DNA of 64,000 nt from a bacterium (GTDB lineage: Bacteria; UBA8248), in assembly GCA_965213625.1 (NCBI GenBank), contig CBDBZU010000004.1, forward strand, positions 1,888,001-1,952,000. The letters run 5' to 3'. Position numbers and translations under genes: made by a program. Positions within the stretch are counted from its first letter, which is position 1, and the number at the start of each line of letters is the position of its first letter. The notes under the pieces are model-generated. The model ran no database searches. It was given only the letters and a program-made list of their open reading frames with translations, and was not told the DNA's origin. Of the stretch, positions 1-9,810 are shown one piece after another.

Positions 1-267
1 TACATGACCACCTGTATCGACGACGACAAGGAATCGGCCATGAAAAATGGCGAGGCGTTCCTGCTCGATTACTACTACACCCCGTTCTGGGGCGATTCCA
101 TCGAGAAATGGGGCACATACGGCCCCGCCGAAGACTTGATTGAGCGCATCAACGCCTTCATCGATGCGGGGGCGGAACACATTTCCCTGCGCTTCACCCA
201 CCGAGATCAGATGAGCCAGTTGGAGCGCTTCACGAAGGAAGTGCTGCCATACCTCAACTTGGACTAA
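1..267 (+). CDS. LLM-class flavin-dependent oxidoreductase, C-terminal part (runs off the window start)
   Basis: C-terminus GPAEDLIERINAFIDAGAEHISLRF...QLERFTKEVLPYL is typical of luciferase-like monooxygenases. Confidence 0.7.
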   Translation, partial: YMTTCIDDDKESAMKNGEAFLLDYYYTPFWGDSIEKWGTYGPAEDLIERINAFIDAGAEHISLRFTHRDQMSQLERFTKEVLPYLNLD

Positions 268-342
268 GGCTTCTTCTCTCCTGCCGCTAACAGGATGTAA
301 GTCGGCTGCACTCGGCGGTTTCAGGCCAAGGAGCTGCGTTGC

Positions 343-1137
343 TCATCCTTTGCTAGTCAGCATCTCCCAGGAATGGCTGAGGAGGAACAACACCGAGGCC
401 GCCACGACGATGCAGGGCCCCGCGGGCGCATTCCATTCGACCGACCCCCACAGACCCGCCGCTACCGAAATGATCCCCGCCAGGACGGCGAACACCGCCA
501 TCTGCTCGGGCGTTCTGGAGAACCGCCTCGCCGCCGCCGGCGGTATGATGAGCATCGAGATGATGAGCAGAATCCCGATCAGTTTCATGGCGATGGCGAT
601 GATGAAGGCGATCAGGAGCATGAAGACGCATTTCACGGCGAAGGTCGGTATCCCTTCGGCGCTCGCCAGCTCCTCGTTCACCGTAACGGCGAGAAGCCCA
701 CGCCAAATCAAGGCGAGCGCACCAAGCGAAGCCGCCCCTCCGAGGTATATCCACCACAAATCCTGCGCGCCGACCGCGAGGATGTCCCCGAAGAGATAGC
801 CCAACAGGTCCACTCGGATCGACTCCATCAGGCTGACGGCAATGATGCCCACCGCGAGCGCCGTGTGCGCCAGGATGCCGAGGAGCGTGTCGGTGGATAG
901 TGTTTTCCGGCTCTGCAGCGTCATGAGAACGATTGCGAGACCGATGCAGGTGATGAGGATGCCGAGCCGCAAGTCGATACCGAAGGCGAAGCCAATTGCC
1001 ACGCCGAGGAGGGCCGTGTGGGCAAGGGAATTTCCAAAGTAGGCCATCTTGCGCCAGACGATGAAGCAGCCCACGGGTCCCGTCACCATGGCGACGCCCA
1101 CCCCGCCCATCAGTCCCCTCAATATGAAATCCTCCAT
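343..1137 (-). CDS. znuB: Zinc ABC transporter permease
   Basis: ABC-3 permease motifs (GCFIVWRKMAYFGNSLAH, YLFGDILAV); in an operon with znuC and zur. Confidence 0.93.
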   Translation of the reverse strand: MEDFILRGLMGGVGVAMVTGPVGCFIVWRKMAYFGNSLAHTALLGVAIGFAFGIDLRLGILITCIGLAIVLMTLQSRKTLSTDTLLGILAHTALAVGIIAVSLMESIRVDLLGYLFGDILAVGAQDLWWIYLGGAASLGALALIWRGLLAVTVNEELASAEGIPTFAVKCVFMLLIAFIIAIAMKLIGILLIISMLIIPPAAARRFSRTPEQMAVFAVLAGIISVAAGLWGSVEWNAPAGPCIVVAASVLFLLSHSWEMLTSKG

Positions 1138-1919
1138 CAGTCGTCTCCGTGATGGTGGTGGGCTTCTTCTTCGATAGGGAGTATCTCCCCTTCGGAACCG
1201 TGAACATGGTTGTGCTTGTGGGTGTATATGGCCAGGCTCTCGGCCGCATGCTTTCCAAAGAGGGCGAGGTATTCTGGGTTTTTGCTCACGGCTTCAGGAT
1301 GTCCGCAGCAACAGATGTGCCTGTTGAGGCACACCACGCGATCGGTGAACGCCATGACGAGGTGGAGGTCGTGCGAGATCATGATGACGCCGCAGCCCCT
1401 CTCGTCTCTGATCTTCGCGATCAGGCGGTAGAGTTCGCTCTGTCCGATGACGTCCACGCTCTGAATCGGTTCGTCGAGAACGAGCAGTTCGGGGTCGCGC
1501 AGCAGGGCGCGGGCGAGCAGGACGCGTTGGCGCTCTCCACCCGAGAGGCTCTGGACGGGATGATCCAGCAGGTTTCTCGCGCCCACCTCTTCGAGATGCG
1601 CCTCCATCTGCTCGAGCGACGGCTTTTGCGTAAGACAGAGCAACCTGCGCACTGTGAGCGGAAGCGAGGGGTCCACCTCGAAAGCCTGGGGCAGGTAGCC
1701 GACCGAGAGGCCCTCTTTCCGGTGGACTTCGCCAGAATCGGACTTGATCAGTCCGAGAAGCACGCGAACCAGTGTGGTCTTCCCTGCGCCGTTCGGGCCG
1801 ATGAGGGTAAGGATTTCACCCGCCGAAATGTCGAGACCGACGTTATGGAGTATCGTCGTTTCGCCGAATCGGAGATAAAGGTTCGCGGCGGTGACGAGAT
1901 TGTGCCGCGCGTCATTCAT
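1137..1919 (-). CDS. znuC: Zinc ABC transporter ATPase
   Basis: Walker [14 protein letters not shown] signature, [12 protein letters not shown] and a His-rich tail; start placed at MNDARH, overlapping the zur stop. Confidence 0.93.
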   Translation of the reverse strand: MNDARHNLVTAANLYLRFGETTILHNVGLDISAGEILTLIGPNGAGKTTLVRVLLGLIKSDSGEVHRKEGLSVGYLPQAFEVDPSLPLTVRRLLCLTQKPSLEQMEAHLEEVGARNLLDHPVQSLSGGERQRVLLARALLRDPELLVLDEPIQSVDVIGQSELYRLIAKIRDERGCGVIMISHDLHLVMAFTDRVVCLNRHICCCGHPEAVSKNPEYLALFGKHAAESLAIYTHKHNHVHGSEGEILPIEEEAHHHHGDD

Positions 1920-2391
1920 CTTCATGACACTCCTGGCACCTGCCGCTGATTTCCATGACGGGCATCTCCACCAGGAAACCGGCCCGGATGGCGCTCGCCT
2001 CGATGGCTTCGCCGATTTCCTGGCTGTGCGTCTCGGCCACGCTTCCACAATCGCGGCATATTAAGAACAGGGCATCGTGAGCATCCGCCGCCATGGCGCA
2101 ACCCACGAACGCCTTTTGGCTCTCGATACGGTGGATGAGGCCGTGCTTTAAGAGAAAATCAAGCGCCCGGTAGACCGTGGGTGGGGCATTTCGCTCCCCG
2201 TCCGCGTTCATACGCTGGAGCGCGTCATACGCGCCCAGGGGCGCGTGGCTTTCCAGGATGATCTCCAATACTCGTCTCCTGAGCGGCGTGAGTCTCGCCC
2301 CGCGCTCCCTGCAAAGCGTTTCGGCTTGTTCGAGGGCGCTCTCGATGCTGGCCCCGTGGTCGTGATTCCTTTCGGGAAATTTCTTATTCAT
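1912..2391 (-). CDS. zur: Zinc uptake regulator (Fur family)
   Basis: [21 protein letters not shown] and two CxxC motifs; adjacent to znuCB. Confidence 0.9.
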   Translation of the reverse strand: MNKKFPERNHDHGASIESALEQAETLCRERGARLTPLRRRVLEIILESHAPLGAYDALQRMNADGERNAPPTVYRALDFLLKHGLIHRIESQKAFVGCAMAADAHDALFLICRDCGSVAETHSQEIGEAIEASAIRAGFLVEMPVMEISGRCQECHEDE

Positions 2392-2427
2392 CGATGTCAT
2401 CCCCATAATTGCTTGACGAGAATAATT

Positions 2428-2450
2428 GTAATGATATAATATAACAATAT
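2428..2450. promoter_or_regulatory. Zur box in the divergent zur/znuA promoter
   Basis: GTAATGATATAATATAACAATAT resembles the proteobacterial Zur palindrome GAAATGTTATA-N-TATAACATTTC. Confidence 0.75.
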
Positions 2451-2493
2451 GAAAACTTTTTCAATCCAATTTCACGTCGAAAGGAAAGAATTC

Positions 2494-3618
2494 ATGAAAA
2501 GGATCGGATCAATGAAATATATGTTGTTCACTGCGGTTCTGACAATGGCGCTCCTCGCGCGCTTGGCCGCTCCCGCATCGGCCGCTCCCAAGGTTGTGGC
2601 CTCCATCAAGCCGCTTCACTCGCTGGTCTCAGGCGTGATGAAGGGGGTCGGCGAGCCCTATCTCTTGGTAAAAGGCGTCGCCTCGCCGCATACGTTTTCC
2701 CTCAAACCCTCCGACGCCAGGGAGCTCGAGAGGGCGCGCGTGATTTTCTGGGTGGGCGATGAGCTCGCTCCGAGCCTGGAACGTCCACTCGAAGTTCTGC
2801 CGAAACGGGCGGAGGTCGTCGCCATGGCGGAGATCAAGGGACTGGAGTTGTTGAAGCTCAGGGAAGGCGGTTTGTGGGAAGGACACGACGATCATCATGA
2901 CGAGAAGGAAAAAGGCGAGCATCACGACGAAGATAAGCACGCCAAGGGCAAAGACGCCGATCATCACGATGAGCATAAAGAAACCAAAGCCAAAGATGAC
3001 CACCATGCGCATAAGGAAGCAAAGGCGAAGGACGATCATCGCCATGATCATGATCACGAAAAAGCCAAGGACGATCATCACGGGGAGCATCGTCACGGCG
3101 TCTTCGACGTGCACGTCTGGCTCGACCCGATGAACGCCCGCAAGTGGGTGCATGCCATCACGCATGAGCTCGAAGAGGCGGATCCTGCGAACAGGGAAAA
3201 ATACGAGGCGAACGAAAAGAGGCTTTTTGCTCGACTAGACGCCCTGCACGAGGAATTGAAAAGTACGCTCGCTCCCTTGAAAGGCATGCCATACATCGTC
3301 TTTCACGATGCGTATCAATACATGGAGAAACGCTATGGGCTGAACGCCATTGGTTCGGTGACTCTCTCCCCTGAGACTAAGCCGGGCGCGGCGCGGCTGG
3401 TGGAGATACGCAAGAAGGTCAGGGACACGAAGTCGATCTGCGTGTTCAGCGAGCCGCAGTTCGAGCCCAAATTGGTGAAGGTCGTCATGGAGGGAACGGG
3501 GGCCGGAACCGGCGTGCTCGACCCCCTGGGCGCGGATATTTCCGCCGGTGAGGACGCGTATTTCACCCTCATGCGCAACATGGCGAAATCGCTCAAGGGG
3601 TGTCTTGCGGGGAAATAA
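2494..3618 (+). CDS. znuA: Zinc ABC transporter substrate-binding protein with long His/Asp/Lys-rich loop
   Basis: Signal peptide, VVASIKPLHSLV, ASPHTF, DVHVWLDP, FHDAYQY and a long His-rich insert. Confidence 0.93.
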   Translation: MKRIGSMKYMLFTAVLTMALLARLAAPASAAPKVVASIKPLHSLVSGVMKGVGEPYLLVKGVASPHTFSLKPSDARELERARVIFWVGDELAPSLERPLEVLPKRAEVVAMAEIKGLELLKLREGGLWEGHDDHHDEKEKGEHHDEDKHAKGKDADHHDEHKETKAKDDHHAHKEAKAKDDHRHDHDHEKAKDDHHGEHRHGVFDVHVWLDPMNARKWVHAITHELEEADPANREKYEANEKRLFARLDALHEELKSTLAPLKGMPYIVFHDAYQYMEKRYGLNAIGSVTLSPETKPGAARLVEIRKKVRDTKSICVFSEPQFEPKLVKVVMEGTGAGTGVLDPLGADISAGEDAYFTLMRNMAKSLKGCLAGK

Positions 3619-3855
3619 TTTGACCCGGCGTTCGGGGATGTGAACGAGCCCACCCGGATCCCCCGCACATCCTCGGAGCCGCCCGCATTTTCGTAGCGGG
3701 GAATGGAACCGAAGGGGGAGATAGATCTGTAGCTGGACAGGCGCAGGAGCCTGCCCGGGGACCTGTGTGGTCGGTGAAGGAAGCGAACCAGCCCGGTCCA
3801 GCGCTTCATGGCCCATTGTGAACGAGAAGTCTTAAAGGGGAAGGAGAAAGACAGA

Positions 3856-4989
3856 ATGAAGTGGAAAGCCTTGCTAATGGCCGGTATCGCCATGTTCCTA
3901 TGGCACGCGCCCGCATTCGCGCAGCAGTCCGTAGAAGAACGCCTGAAGAGCATGGAAAAACGAATCAAATATCTCGAAGAGCGCGTCTCCGCGCAGGATA
4001 AGGCGATCGTCGAAAAAGACAAGCAGATTTCCAAGCTCACCAGTGGAGACAACTGGTTCGAAGCCGTGGAGATCGGTGGAGCCATCGAACTCGAGGGAGC
4101 ATTCGCAAATCCCGCCGAGGGGGACAGCACTACGGATCTGGCCGTGGGAACGGTCGAACTCGGCATCGGAGCCCAGGTGAGCGACTGGGTGAAGGGAGAG
4201 GTCGTACTCCTCTATGAGCAGGGCGAATCCCTGGACGTGGATACCGCGACGGTGACGATTGGTCCGCCGGAAGGCTCTTGGTCCCTCACGGGAGGCCAGC
4301 TTTACGTTCCATTCGGCGCCTTCGAGACGAACCTGATTTCCGACCCCATGACGCTCGACATCGGCGAGACGAGGCAGACGGCTCTGCAATTCGACACCTC
4401 GGCAGGGGGTCTGAGCGGTTCGGTCTTTATCTTCAAGGGCGACAGCCCGGAGAACGATGAAGACAGGATTCAGGGTGCGGGCGTCGCGGTGGGCTATTCG
4501 ATCGAGAAGGAAAACTTCGAGCTCGGCCTGAACCTCTCCTACATCAACGACCTGGGCGATTCGGACGGCTTGCAGGACGTGATAGAGACCAGCATCGACC
4601 GCGCGGCGGGTGTTTCAGCGAGCGCGATGATGCGGATTGGCAGCATCACCGTGCTCGGCGAATTCCTCGGAGCCATGGACGAGTTCCACGCGGATGAAGT
4701 GGCGTTCGGCGACTATGGTGCGAAACCCTCGGCCTGGATGGTCGAGGCTGCCTATGGGTTCGAGTTGGCCGGCAAGGAGGCGACGCTGGCCGCGAGCTAC
4801 CAGACGACGGACGAGGCGCTGGCGCTCGAGTTGCCGAAAAAACGCATACTGCTCGGTGTTTCGGCCGAGGTGATGGAAGGGCTTTCCCTGGGCGTCGAAT
4901 GGGCGCGTGATACGGACTACAGCGTCGCCGATGGCGGAACCGGCGAGGACTCCGACACCCTCACCCTCCAGTTGGCCGCCGAGTTTTAG
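3856..4989 (+). CDS. Outer-membrane porin, LbtU-like family
   Basis: Signal peptide, N-terminal coiled coil, beta-strand-rich body, C-terminal Phe (LQLAAEF). Confidence 0.7.
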   Translation: MKWKALLMAGIAMFLWHAPAFAQQSVEERLKSMEKRIKYLEERVSAQDKAIVEKDKQISKLTSGDNWFEAVEIGGAIELEGAFANPAEGDSTTDLAVGTVELGIGAQVSDWVKGEVVLLYEQGESLDVDTATVTIGPPEGSWSLTGGQLYVPFGAFETNLISDPMTLDIGETRQTALQFDTSAGGLSGSVFIFKGDSPENDEDRIQGAGVAVGYSIEKENFELGLNLSYINDLGDSDGLQDVIETSIDRAAGVSASAMMRIGSITVLGEFLGAMDEFHADEVAFGDYGAKPSAWMVEAAYGFELAGKEATLAASYQTTDEALALELPKKRILLGVSAEVMEGLSLGVEWARDTDYSVADGGTGEDSDTLTLQLAAEF

Positions 4990-5100
4990 TCGGCGCCAGG
5001 GCACGGGCAGACCGAGCGGAGAGGACATTCCTCCGTTGAACAGGGGTAGCAGGGTCATTTTCAACCAGTCGAGAGACGCACCCGAGGAGGAACTGAAACA

Positions 5101-5478
5101 ATGAACATCGCATACGTTTTCGCCACCGACATGTCGGCCACCTACAAGCTGGGCACGATGATCCTGCCGCAACTCGAAGCCGGCAACCACGGGGTGAACG
5201 TCGTCGGCATGTTTTTCTTCGACGACAACCTGTTCTGCCTGCGCGAGGGCGACGAGGTGGGCGAGCGACTGGCCAAGGTTGCCGCGGAGCAGAACATCCT
5301 CCTCATGGTCTGCGATCAGTGCGCCGTAAGGCGCAACCTCGCCGAGGGCACGTTCGAGCAATGCGGATCGGGCGACGTCACGGCGAAGGGCCTGGTGGCC
5401 GGCGTAGGCGCAGGCTGCTTCCCGCAGCTTTACGCCGCACTCGCCCCCGCCGCGCCCGACCTCGTCATCACCCTTTGA
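5101..5478 (+). CDS. DsrE-family (SaoD-like) protein
   Basis: VVGMFFFDDN, CDQCAVRR and GCFPQLY motifs; strong RBS GAGGAGG. Confidence 0.7.
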   Translation: MNIAYVFATDMSATYKLGTMILPQLEAGNHGVNVVGMFFFDDNLFCLREGDEVGERLAKVAAEQNILLMVCDQCAVRRNLAEGTFEQCGSGDVTAKGLVAGVGAGCFPQLYAALAPAAPDLVITL

Positions 5479-5574
5479 GTGAGCAGCGCGTGTATTGACG
5501 AGTGCTGAAACGCCTGCCGTGACGCTAACCGGCCCCATCTTCGGTCTCGCCTTGTCGCAGGGAGAAGAGAGAAT

Positions 5575-5883
5575 ATGTTGATCAACACATCACCACGTCG
5601 CCCGAGCCTCGAACGGATTCGATATATCAAGGAGGCATTGCGCGCAGCGCTGACCCTTCCCGATGGTGCAACGGTTACGGTCACCGAGCTGGCATGTCTC
5701 GAAAAGGGGTGTGCGTCTATCGAGACCGTAGTCGCTCTGCTTCGGCCCGATGCCCCACCGCTGCAACACAAGCTTCACAAACCCACGGACGCCATTGACG
5801 CCGAAGACCTGGCCCAGGTCTGCAAGGCGTGGGGGTTCGACGTCCAAAATCCAATACTCTTACCTCTGCTCCAGGAGAACTAA
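5575..5883 (+). CDS. Small hypothetical protein (ELACxxxGC motif) abutting the COG0523 GTPase
   Basis: Stop directly precedes the GTPase start; VTELACLEKGCASIETVVALL. Confidence 0.6.
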   Translation: MLINTSPRRPSLERIRYIKEALRAALTLPDGATVTVTELACLEKGCASIETVVALLRPDAPPLQHKLHKPTDAIDAEDLAQVCKAWGFDVQNPILLPLLQEN

Positions 5884-7230
5884 ATGGACACTCCGCGAAA
5901 AGTACCTGTTTCCATCCTCACCGGCTTCCTCGGCTCTGGCAAGACGACTCTGCTCAACCGGATATTGAGTGAAGAGCACGGCAAGCGCATTGCCGTGATC
6001 GAGAATGAGTACGGGGAGGTCGGCATCGATCAGGCGCTCGTCATCAACGCTGACGAAGAGATCTTCGAGATGTCGAACGGCTGCATCTGCTGCACGGTGC
6101 GCGGAGACCTGATTCGCGTGCTCGGAAATCTCATGAAGCGCCGCGACAAGTTCGACTATGTGTTGGTGGAGACCACAGGGCTCGCCGATCCCGGCCCGGT
6201 CGCCCAGACCTTCTTCATGGACGACGAGATTCGTGAGGAGTTCTCGATCGACGGGATCGTCACGCTCGTCGATGCGGCCCACATCGAACAACAGCTTGGC
6301 CGAAGCGACGAAAGCACCGAGCAAATCGCGTTCGCAGACGTCCTGGTGCTCAACAAGACCGACCTCGTCAACGGCGAGGCGCTCGACAGGCTCGAGGCTC
6401 GGCTACGGGACATGAACCGAATGGCGCGAGTCGTGCGCAGCGAGCGGGCGAACGTCTCGGTCGACACGGTCCTCAACCTCGGTGCCTTCGACCTGGACCA
6501 GGTGCTCGAGCGTCGTCCCACCTTCCTCGAGCCGGAGTATCCGTTCGAATGGACCGGAGTCTATTCGCTCGATAACGGCCGCTACGAACTCGACCTCGCC
6601 GATGGACCTGATCCGGCGATGTCGCTCGTCGTCGTGTCCGACCAAGGCACGGATGACGCTGCCCTCCGTGAGAGTGCGGAGTGGTGTGTGCGGCGTTACG
6701 CCGAACCTGCGGAGATCATTCGCCCCGGGGAAAAGATTCCAGTCGGAAATCATGTGAATCTCCAGCTCGATTCCCCGGGACGCAAGTCGTTCTTCTTGGA
6801 GGTCGATACGCCGGTGCGGGTTGGCCTCTACGCCGAGCACAGCGCGGAGGAGTTCGATCTCCAACTGACGAACGCGGAAGGAGCGACAATCAGGCAAGAG
6901 GTCGAGCGCACCTGGGTCGCACAGCACGAGCACGACGACGAGGTGGGCTCGATCGCGATCGAGAGGGACGGCGACGTCGATCCCAAAATGCTCGACGCCT
7001 GGATTGGCGAACTGCTCAGTGAGCGCGGGGTGGACATCTTCCGAATGAAGGGCTTCATCAGCCTCGCGGGTGAGTCGCATCGCTTCGTCTTCCAGGGGGT
7101 TCACATGCTCTTTGACGGCCAGCCGGATCGCCCATGGGGAGACTCGCCCCGGCGCAATCAGCTCGTCTTCATCGGCCGAAACCTCGATGAGCAGAGCATG
7201 CGGCAGGGATTCGAGGCATGTCTGATTTGA
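5884..7230 (+). CDS. COG0523/CobW-family metallochaperone GTPase
   Basis: GFLGSGKT, GCICC, ETTG and NKTD motifs; CobW_C-like end (FRMKG, QGVH, LVFIGRNLD). Confidence 0.93.
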   Translation: MDTPRKVPVSILTGFLGSGKTTLLNRILSEEHGKRIAVIENEYGEVGIDQALVINADEEIFEMSNGCICCTVRGDLIRVLGNLMKRRDKFDYVLVETTGLADPGPVAQTFFMDDEIREEFSIDGIVTLVDAAHIEQQLGRSDESTEQIAFADVLVLNKTDLVNGEALDRLEARLRDMNRMARVVRSERANVSVDTVLNLGAFDLDQVLERRPTFLEPEYPFEWTGVYSLDNGRYELDLADGPDPAMSLVVVSDQGTDDAALRESAEWCVRRYAEPAEIIRPGEKIPVGNHVNLQLDSPGRKSFFLEVDTPVRVGLYAEHSAEEFDLQLTNAEGATIRQEVERTWVAQHEHDDEVGSIAIERDGDVDPKMLDAWIGELLSERGVDIFRMKGFISLAGESHRFVFQGVHMLFDGQPDRPWGDSPRRNQLVFIGRNLDEQSMRQGFEACLI

Positions 7231-7240
7231 ATGTCGCCAG
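7158..7240 (+). repeat. ~83-bp direct repeat, copy 1 (GTPase 3' end and WD40 start context)
   Basis: Near-identical to 8631-8713 (...gcatgtctgatttgaatgtcgccag). Confidence 0.85.
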
Positions 7241-7251
7241 GAGGAGTCTGC

Positions 7252-8382
7252 ATGATCGGCACCGAGAGCAGTGAAACCGTCTATGATGTAGTGGTCGTCG
7301 GCGCCGGTGCCGCAGGCGTGGGGGCCGCGGTGGCTCTCAAGCATGCTGGCATCGAGAACTTCATAGTTTCCGAGCGTCGCAAGGTCGGCGCATCGTTCGC
7401 CTCATGGCCAGCCGAGACACGCTTCATCACGCCCTCGTACCCAACCAATTCGATTGGCATGCTCGATTTGAACTCGATCGCGATTGGAACTTCACCCGCG
7501 TTCAGTTTGGGGGTCGAGCATCCGACGGGTAAAGAGTACGCGAGATATTTGCGTGCAGTAGCACGATTCTTTGAGGTGCCTGTACGCCAGGATACCGACG
7601 TGATGCAGGTCGCAAAGGTTGGCGACGGCTTTCGCATCGATACGGCCGACGAGACCTTGCAAGCCAAGCACGTCATTTGGACCGCTGGCGAGTTCCAATA
7701 CCCACGCTTAAGTGGGTTTGTTGGGAGCCAATTGTGTTGCCACACCGCGACCATCCCCAGCTATGAAGAGCTTGACGGTGACGACTTCATCGTTGTGGGT
7801 GGCTACGAAAGTGGTGTCGACGTGGCCTACCACTTGGCGTGTCGCGACAAACGAGTGCGGTTGTTCGACAAGGGTTGCCCGTGGGAGGACGAGAGTTCCG
7901 ATCCTAGTGTCGCGCTTTCCCCGTTTACGCTCGAACGGATGCGTGAAGACCAGTTTGTTGAGCAAGTGGAACTGTTTCCGCACACCCCTATCGAATCGGT
8001 CACTCGCGCGGATTCCATGTATGAAGTTACGGCTCGGGACGGACATCGGTTTCAAACCCGCGTGCCGCCACTATTGGCGGGCGGATTTGAGGGGAGTCAC
8101 AAGTTAGTCACGGATTTGTTTGAACGACGCGACGATGGCTCTCCGCTTCTGAGCGAACACGATGAATCGACCATCGTACCGGGAGTGTTTCTCTGCGGCC
8201 CCACAGTTCGCCATAACAATTACGTCTTCTGCTTTATCTTCAAGTATCGACAACGATTCGCCGTTGTCGCCAAAGCAATTGCGACCTCGTTAGGGCTGCC
8301 GGCGGAAAATTTGGAAGAGTACCGCAAGTGGGGCATGTATCTCGATGACCTCTCCTGCTGTGGGGAGGAGTGCGTATGTTGA
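7252..8382 (+). CDS. NAD(P)/FAD-dependent oxidoreductase with Cys-rich C-terminus
   Basis: VVVGAGAAG Rossmann motif, VGGYESG, ends LSCCGEECVC. Confidence 0.82.
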   Translation: MIGTESSETVYDVVVVGAGAAGVGAAVALKHAGIENFIVSERRKVGASFASWPAETRFITPSYPTNSIGMLDLNSIAIGTSPAFSLGVEHPTGKEYARYLRAVARFFEVPVRQDTDVMQVAKVGDGFRIDTADETLQAKHVIWTAGEFQYPRLSGFVGSQLCCHTATIPSYEELDGDDFIVVGGYESGVDVAYHLACRDKRVRLFDKGCPWEDESSDPSVALSPFTLERMREDQFVEQVELFPHTPIESVTRADSMYEVTARDGHRFQTRVPPLLAGGFEGSHKLVTDLFERRDDGSPLLSEHDESTIVPGVFLCGPTVRHNNYVFCFIFKYRQRFAVVAKAIATSLGLPAENLEEYRKWGMYLDDLSCCGEECVC

Positions 8383-8603
8383 CGGGAAACGACGAAGGGG
8401 CCGTCGTGTCTGACGCGGGGCGAAGCCGACTAGCCAGGGTGCGGAGCATCGAATGGCTCGGACAAACGGCTGCCAGCGTTTGCTGGATTGGCAGCATGCT
8501 GGCTTACGGGATCAGATCCAGTGGGGATTGGTTGCAGTTATTTGCTGCATCCGCATGGCTGTTGGCCAACATCGTAGCGATTGCGACTGCCGAGGCTGAT
8601 TGA
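8376..8603 (+). CDS. Small membrane protein
   Basis: Two hydrophobic stretches; overlaps the stop of the upstream gene. Confidence 0.5.
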   Translation: MLTGNDEGAVVSDAGRSRLARVRSIEWLGQTAASVCWIGSMLAYGIRSSGDWLQLFAASAWLLANIVAIATAEAD

Positions 8604-8630
8604 GATGTCGGTAGTACTTCAAGGAGTCGG

Positions 8631-8713
8631 TCATCTCGTCTCCATCGGCCGCAACATCGATGAGCAGAGCATACGGCAGGGGTTCGAAGCATGTCTGATT
8701 TGAATGTCGCCAG
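8631..8713 (+). repeat. ~83-bp direct repeat, copy 2
   Basis: Near-identical to 7158-7240. Confidence 0.85.
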
Positions 8714-9731
8714 TCAAAAGGGTGTTCTTCGCCGGGGCTGGTCTGCGGCGGTCGGCGACTACGCCATCGCCGGGGGCTGGACCCTCCGCGGTGAGGCGCT
8801 GGTGGTCGGTGACGCCGCGGGTGGCGTCTACGCATTCGACGGCAAGTCCGGCGCAAGCGCTTGGGCGCGGCAGGGGGCTCATGATAGCGGCGTGCTCGCG
8901 ATGACGATCCACCCAAGCGGAACCGCGTTCGCTACGGCTGGCCAGGACGGACGCGTCCTTATCTGGGGTGTCGCCGAAGGTCAGGTAAAACAGGCTATCG
9001 ACATCGGCAGTAGTTGGGTGGAGAACGTGGCGTGGTCGCCGGACGGACAATGGCTGGCAGTCTCCTGCTCCCGGCAGGTTCGCGCGTATGGCGTGGACGG
9101 CGCGGAGGTTTGGCGATCTGATGATCATCCCAGCACTGTCAGCGCGATCGCCTGGTCGAGCGAAGGGGAGCTGGCGACGGCCTGTTACGGTCGAGTGACG
9201 TTCTTCGACGCGCCCACTGGCGAACTTCGCCAGAAGCTGGAATGGCAGGGTTCCTTGGTGTCGATGGTACTGAGCCCGGACGGGGATATCGTGGCCTGCG
9301 GCAGCCAGGACAACTCGGTGCACTTCTGGCGTCGCTCCACGGAGCAGGACTACATGATGTCAGGATATTCTGCCAAGCCGTCGGCCCTGGCTTTCAATGA
9401 GACCGGCACCCTTTTGGCCACCGGCGGAGGGGAAGCAGTGACGGTCTGGAGTTTCCAGGGAAGTGGCCCCGAAGGTACGCGGCCCGGCGTTCTTGAGTTT
9501 CATGTTCAACCCGTCACGACGCTTGCCTTCGCTCGCCGCGGGATGCGCCTGGCATCGGCAGCAAGGGATGGCACCGTAGTGGTGTGGTCGCTTGAGAGTG
9601 ATGGAAAAGGCCGTTCGATCGGGTCCGCGGTTTTGGCGGGCATCGGGGCCGAACTGTACTGGCGGCCAGACGGGCGCGCGCTGGCAGCGCTCGACGCCCG
9701 GGGTGGCGTGACGGTTTGGCGGATAGGATGA
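8691..9731 (+). CDS. WD40-repeat protein
   Basis: Repeated AWSPDG / ATAGQDGRVLIW / GSQDNSVHFW units. Confidence 0.88.
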   Translation: MSDLNVASQKGVLRRGWSAAVGDYAIAGGWTLRGEALVVGDAAGGVYAFDGKSGASAWARQGAHDSGVLAMTIHPSGTAFATAGQDGRVLIWGVAEGQVKQAIDIGSSWVENVAWSPDGQWLAVSCSRQVRAYGVDGAEVWRSDDHPSTVSAIAWSSEGELATACYGRVTFFDAPTGELRQKLEWQGSLVSMVLSPDGDIVACGSQDNSVHFWRRSTEQDYMMSGYSAKPSALAFNETGTLLATGGGEAVTVWSFQGSGPEGTRPGVLEFHVQPVTTLAFARRGMRLASAARDGTVVVWSLESDGKGRSIGSAVLAGIGAELYWRPDGRALAALDARGGVTVWRIG

Positions 9732-9810
9732 ACAAAGGCCCGAATTGCCAGCGCACGCGTAGTGCTGCGCAACAGTGCGGCCAGCGGCTGATGTCGATGA
9801 TCTCGCACGG

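Noticed and set aside
3765-3795. GAAGGAAGC resembling SRP RNA helix 8
   Set aside because: Lacks the CAGG...GCAGC symmetric loop and the long SRP stem.
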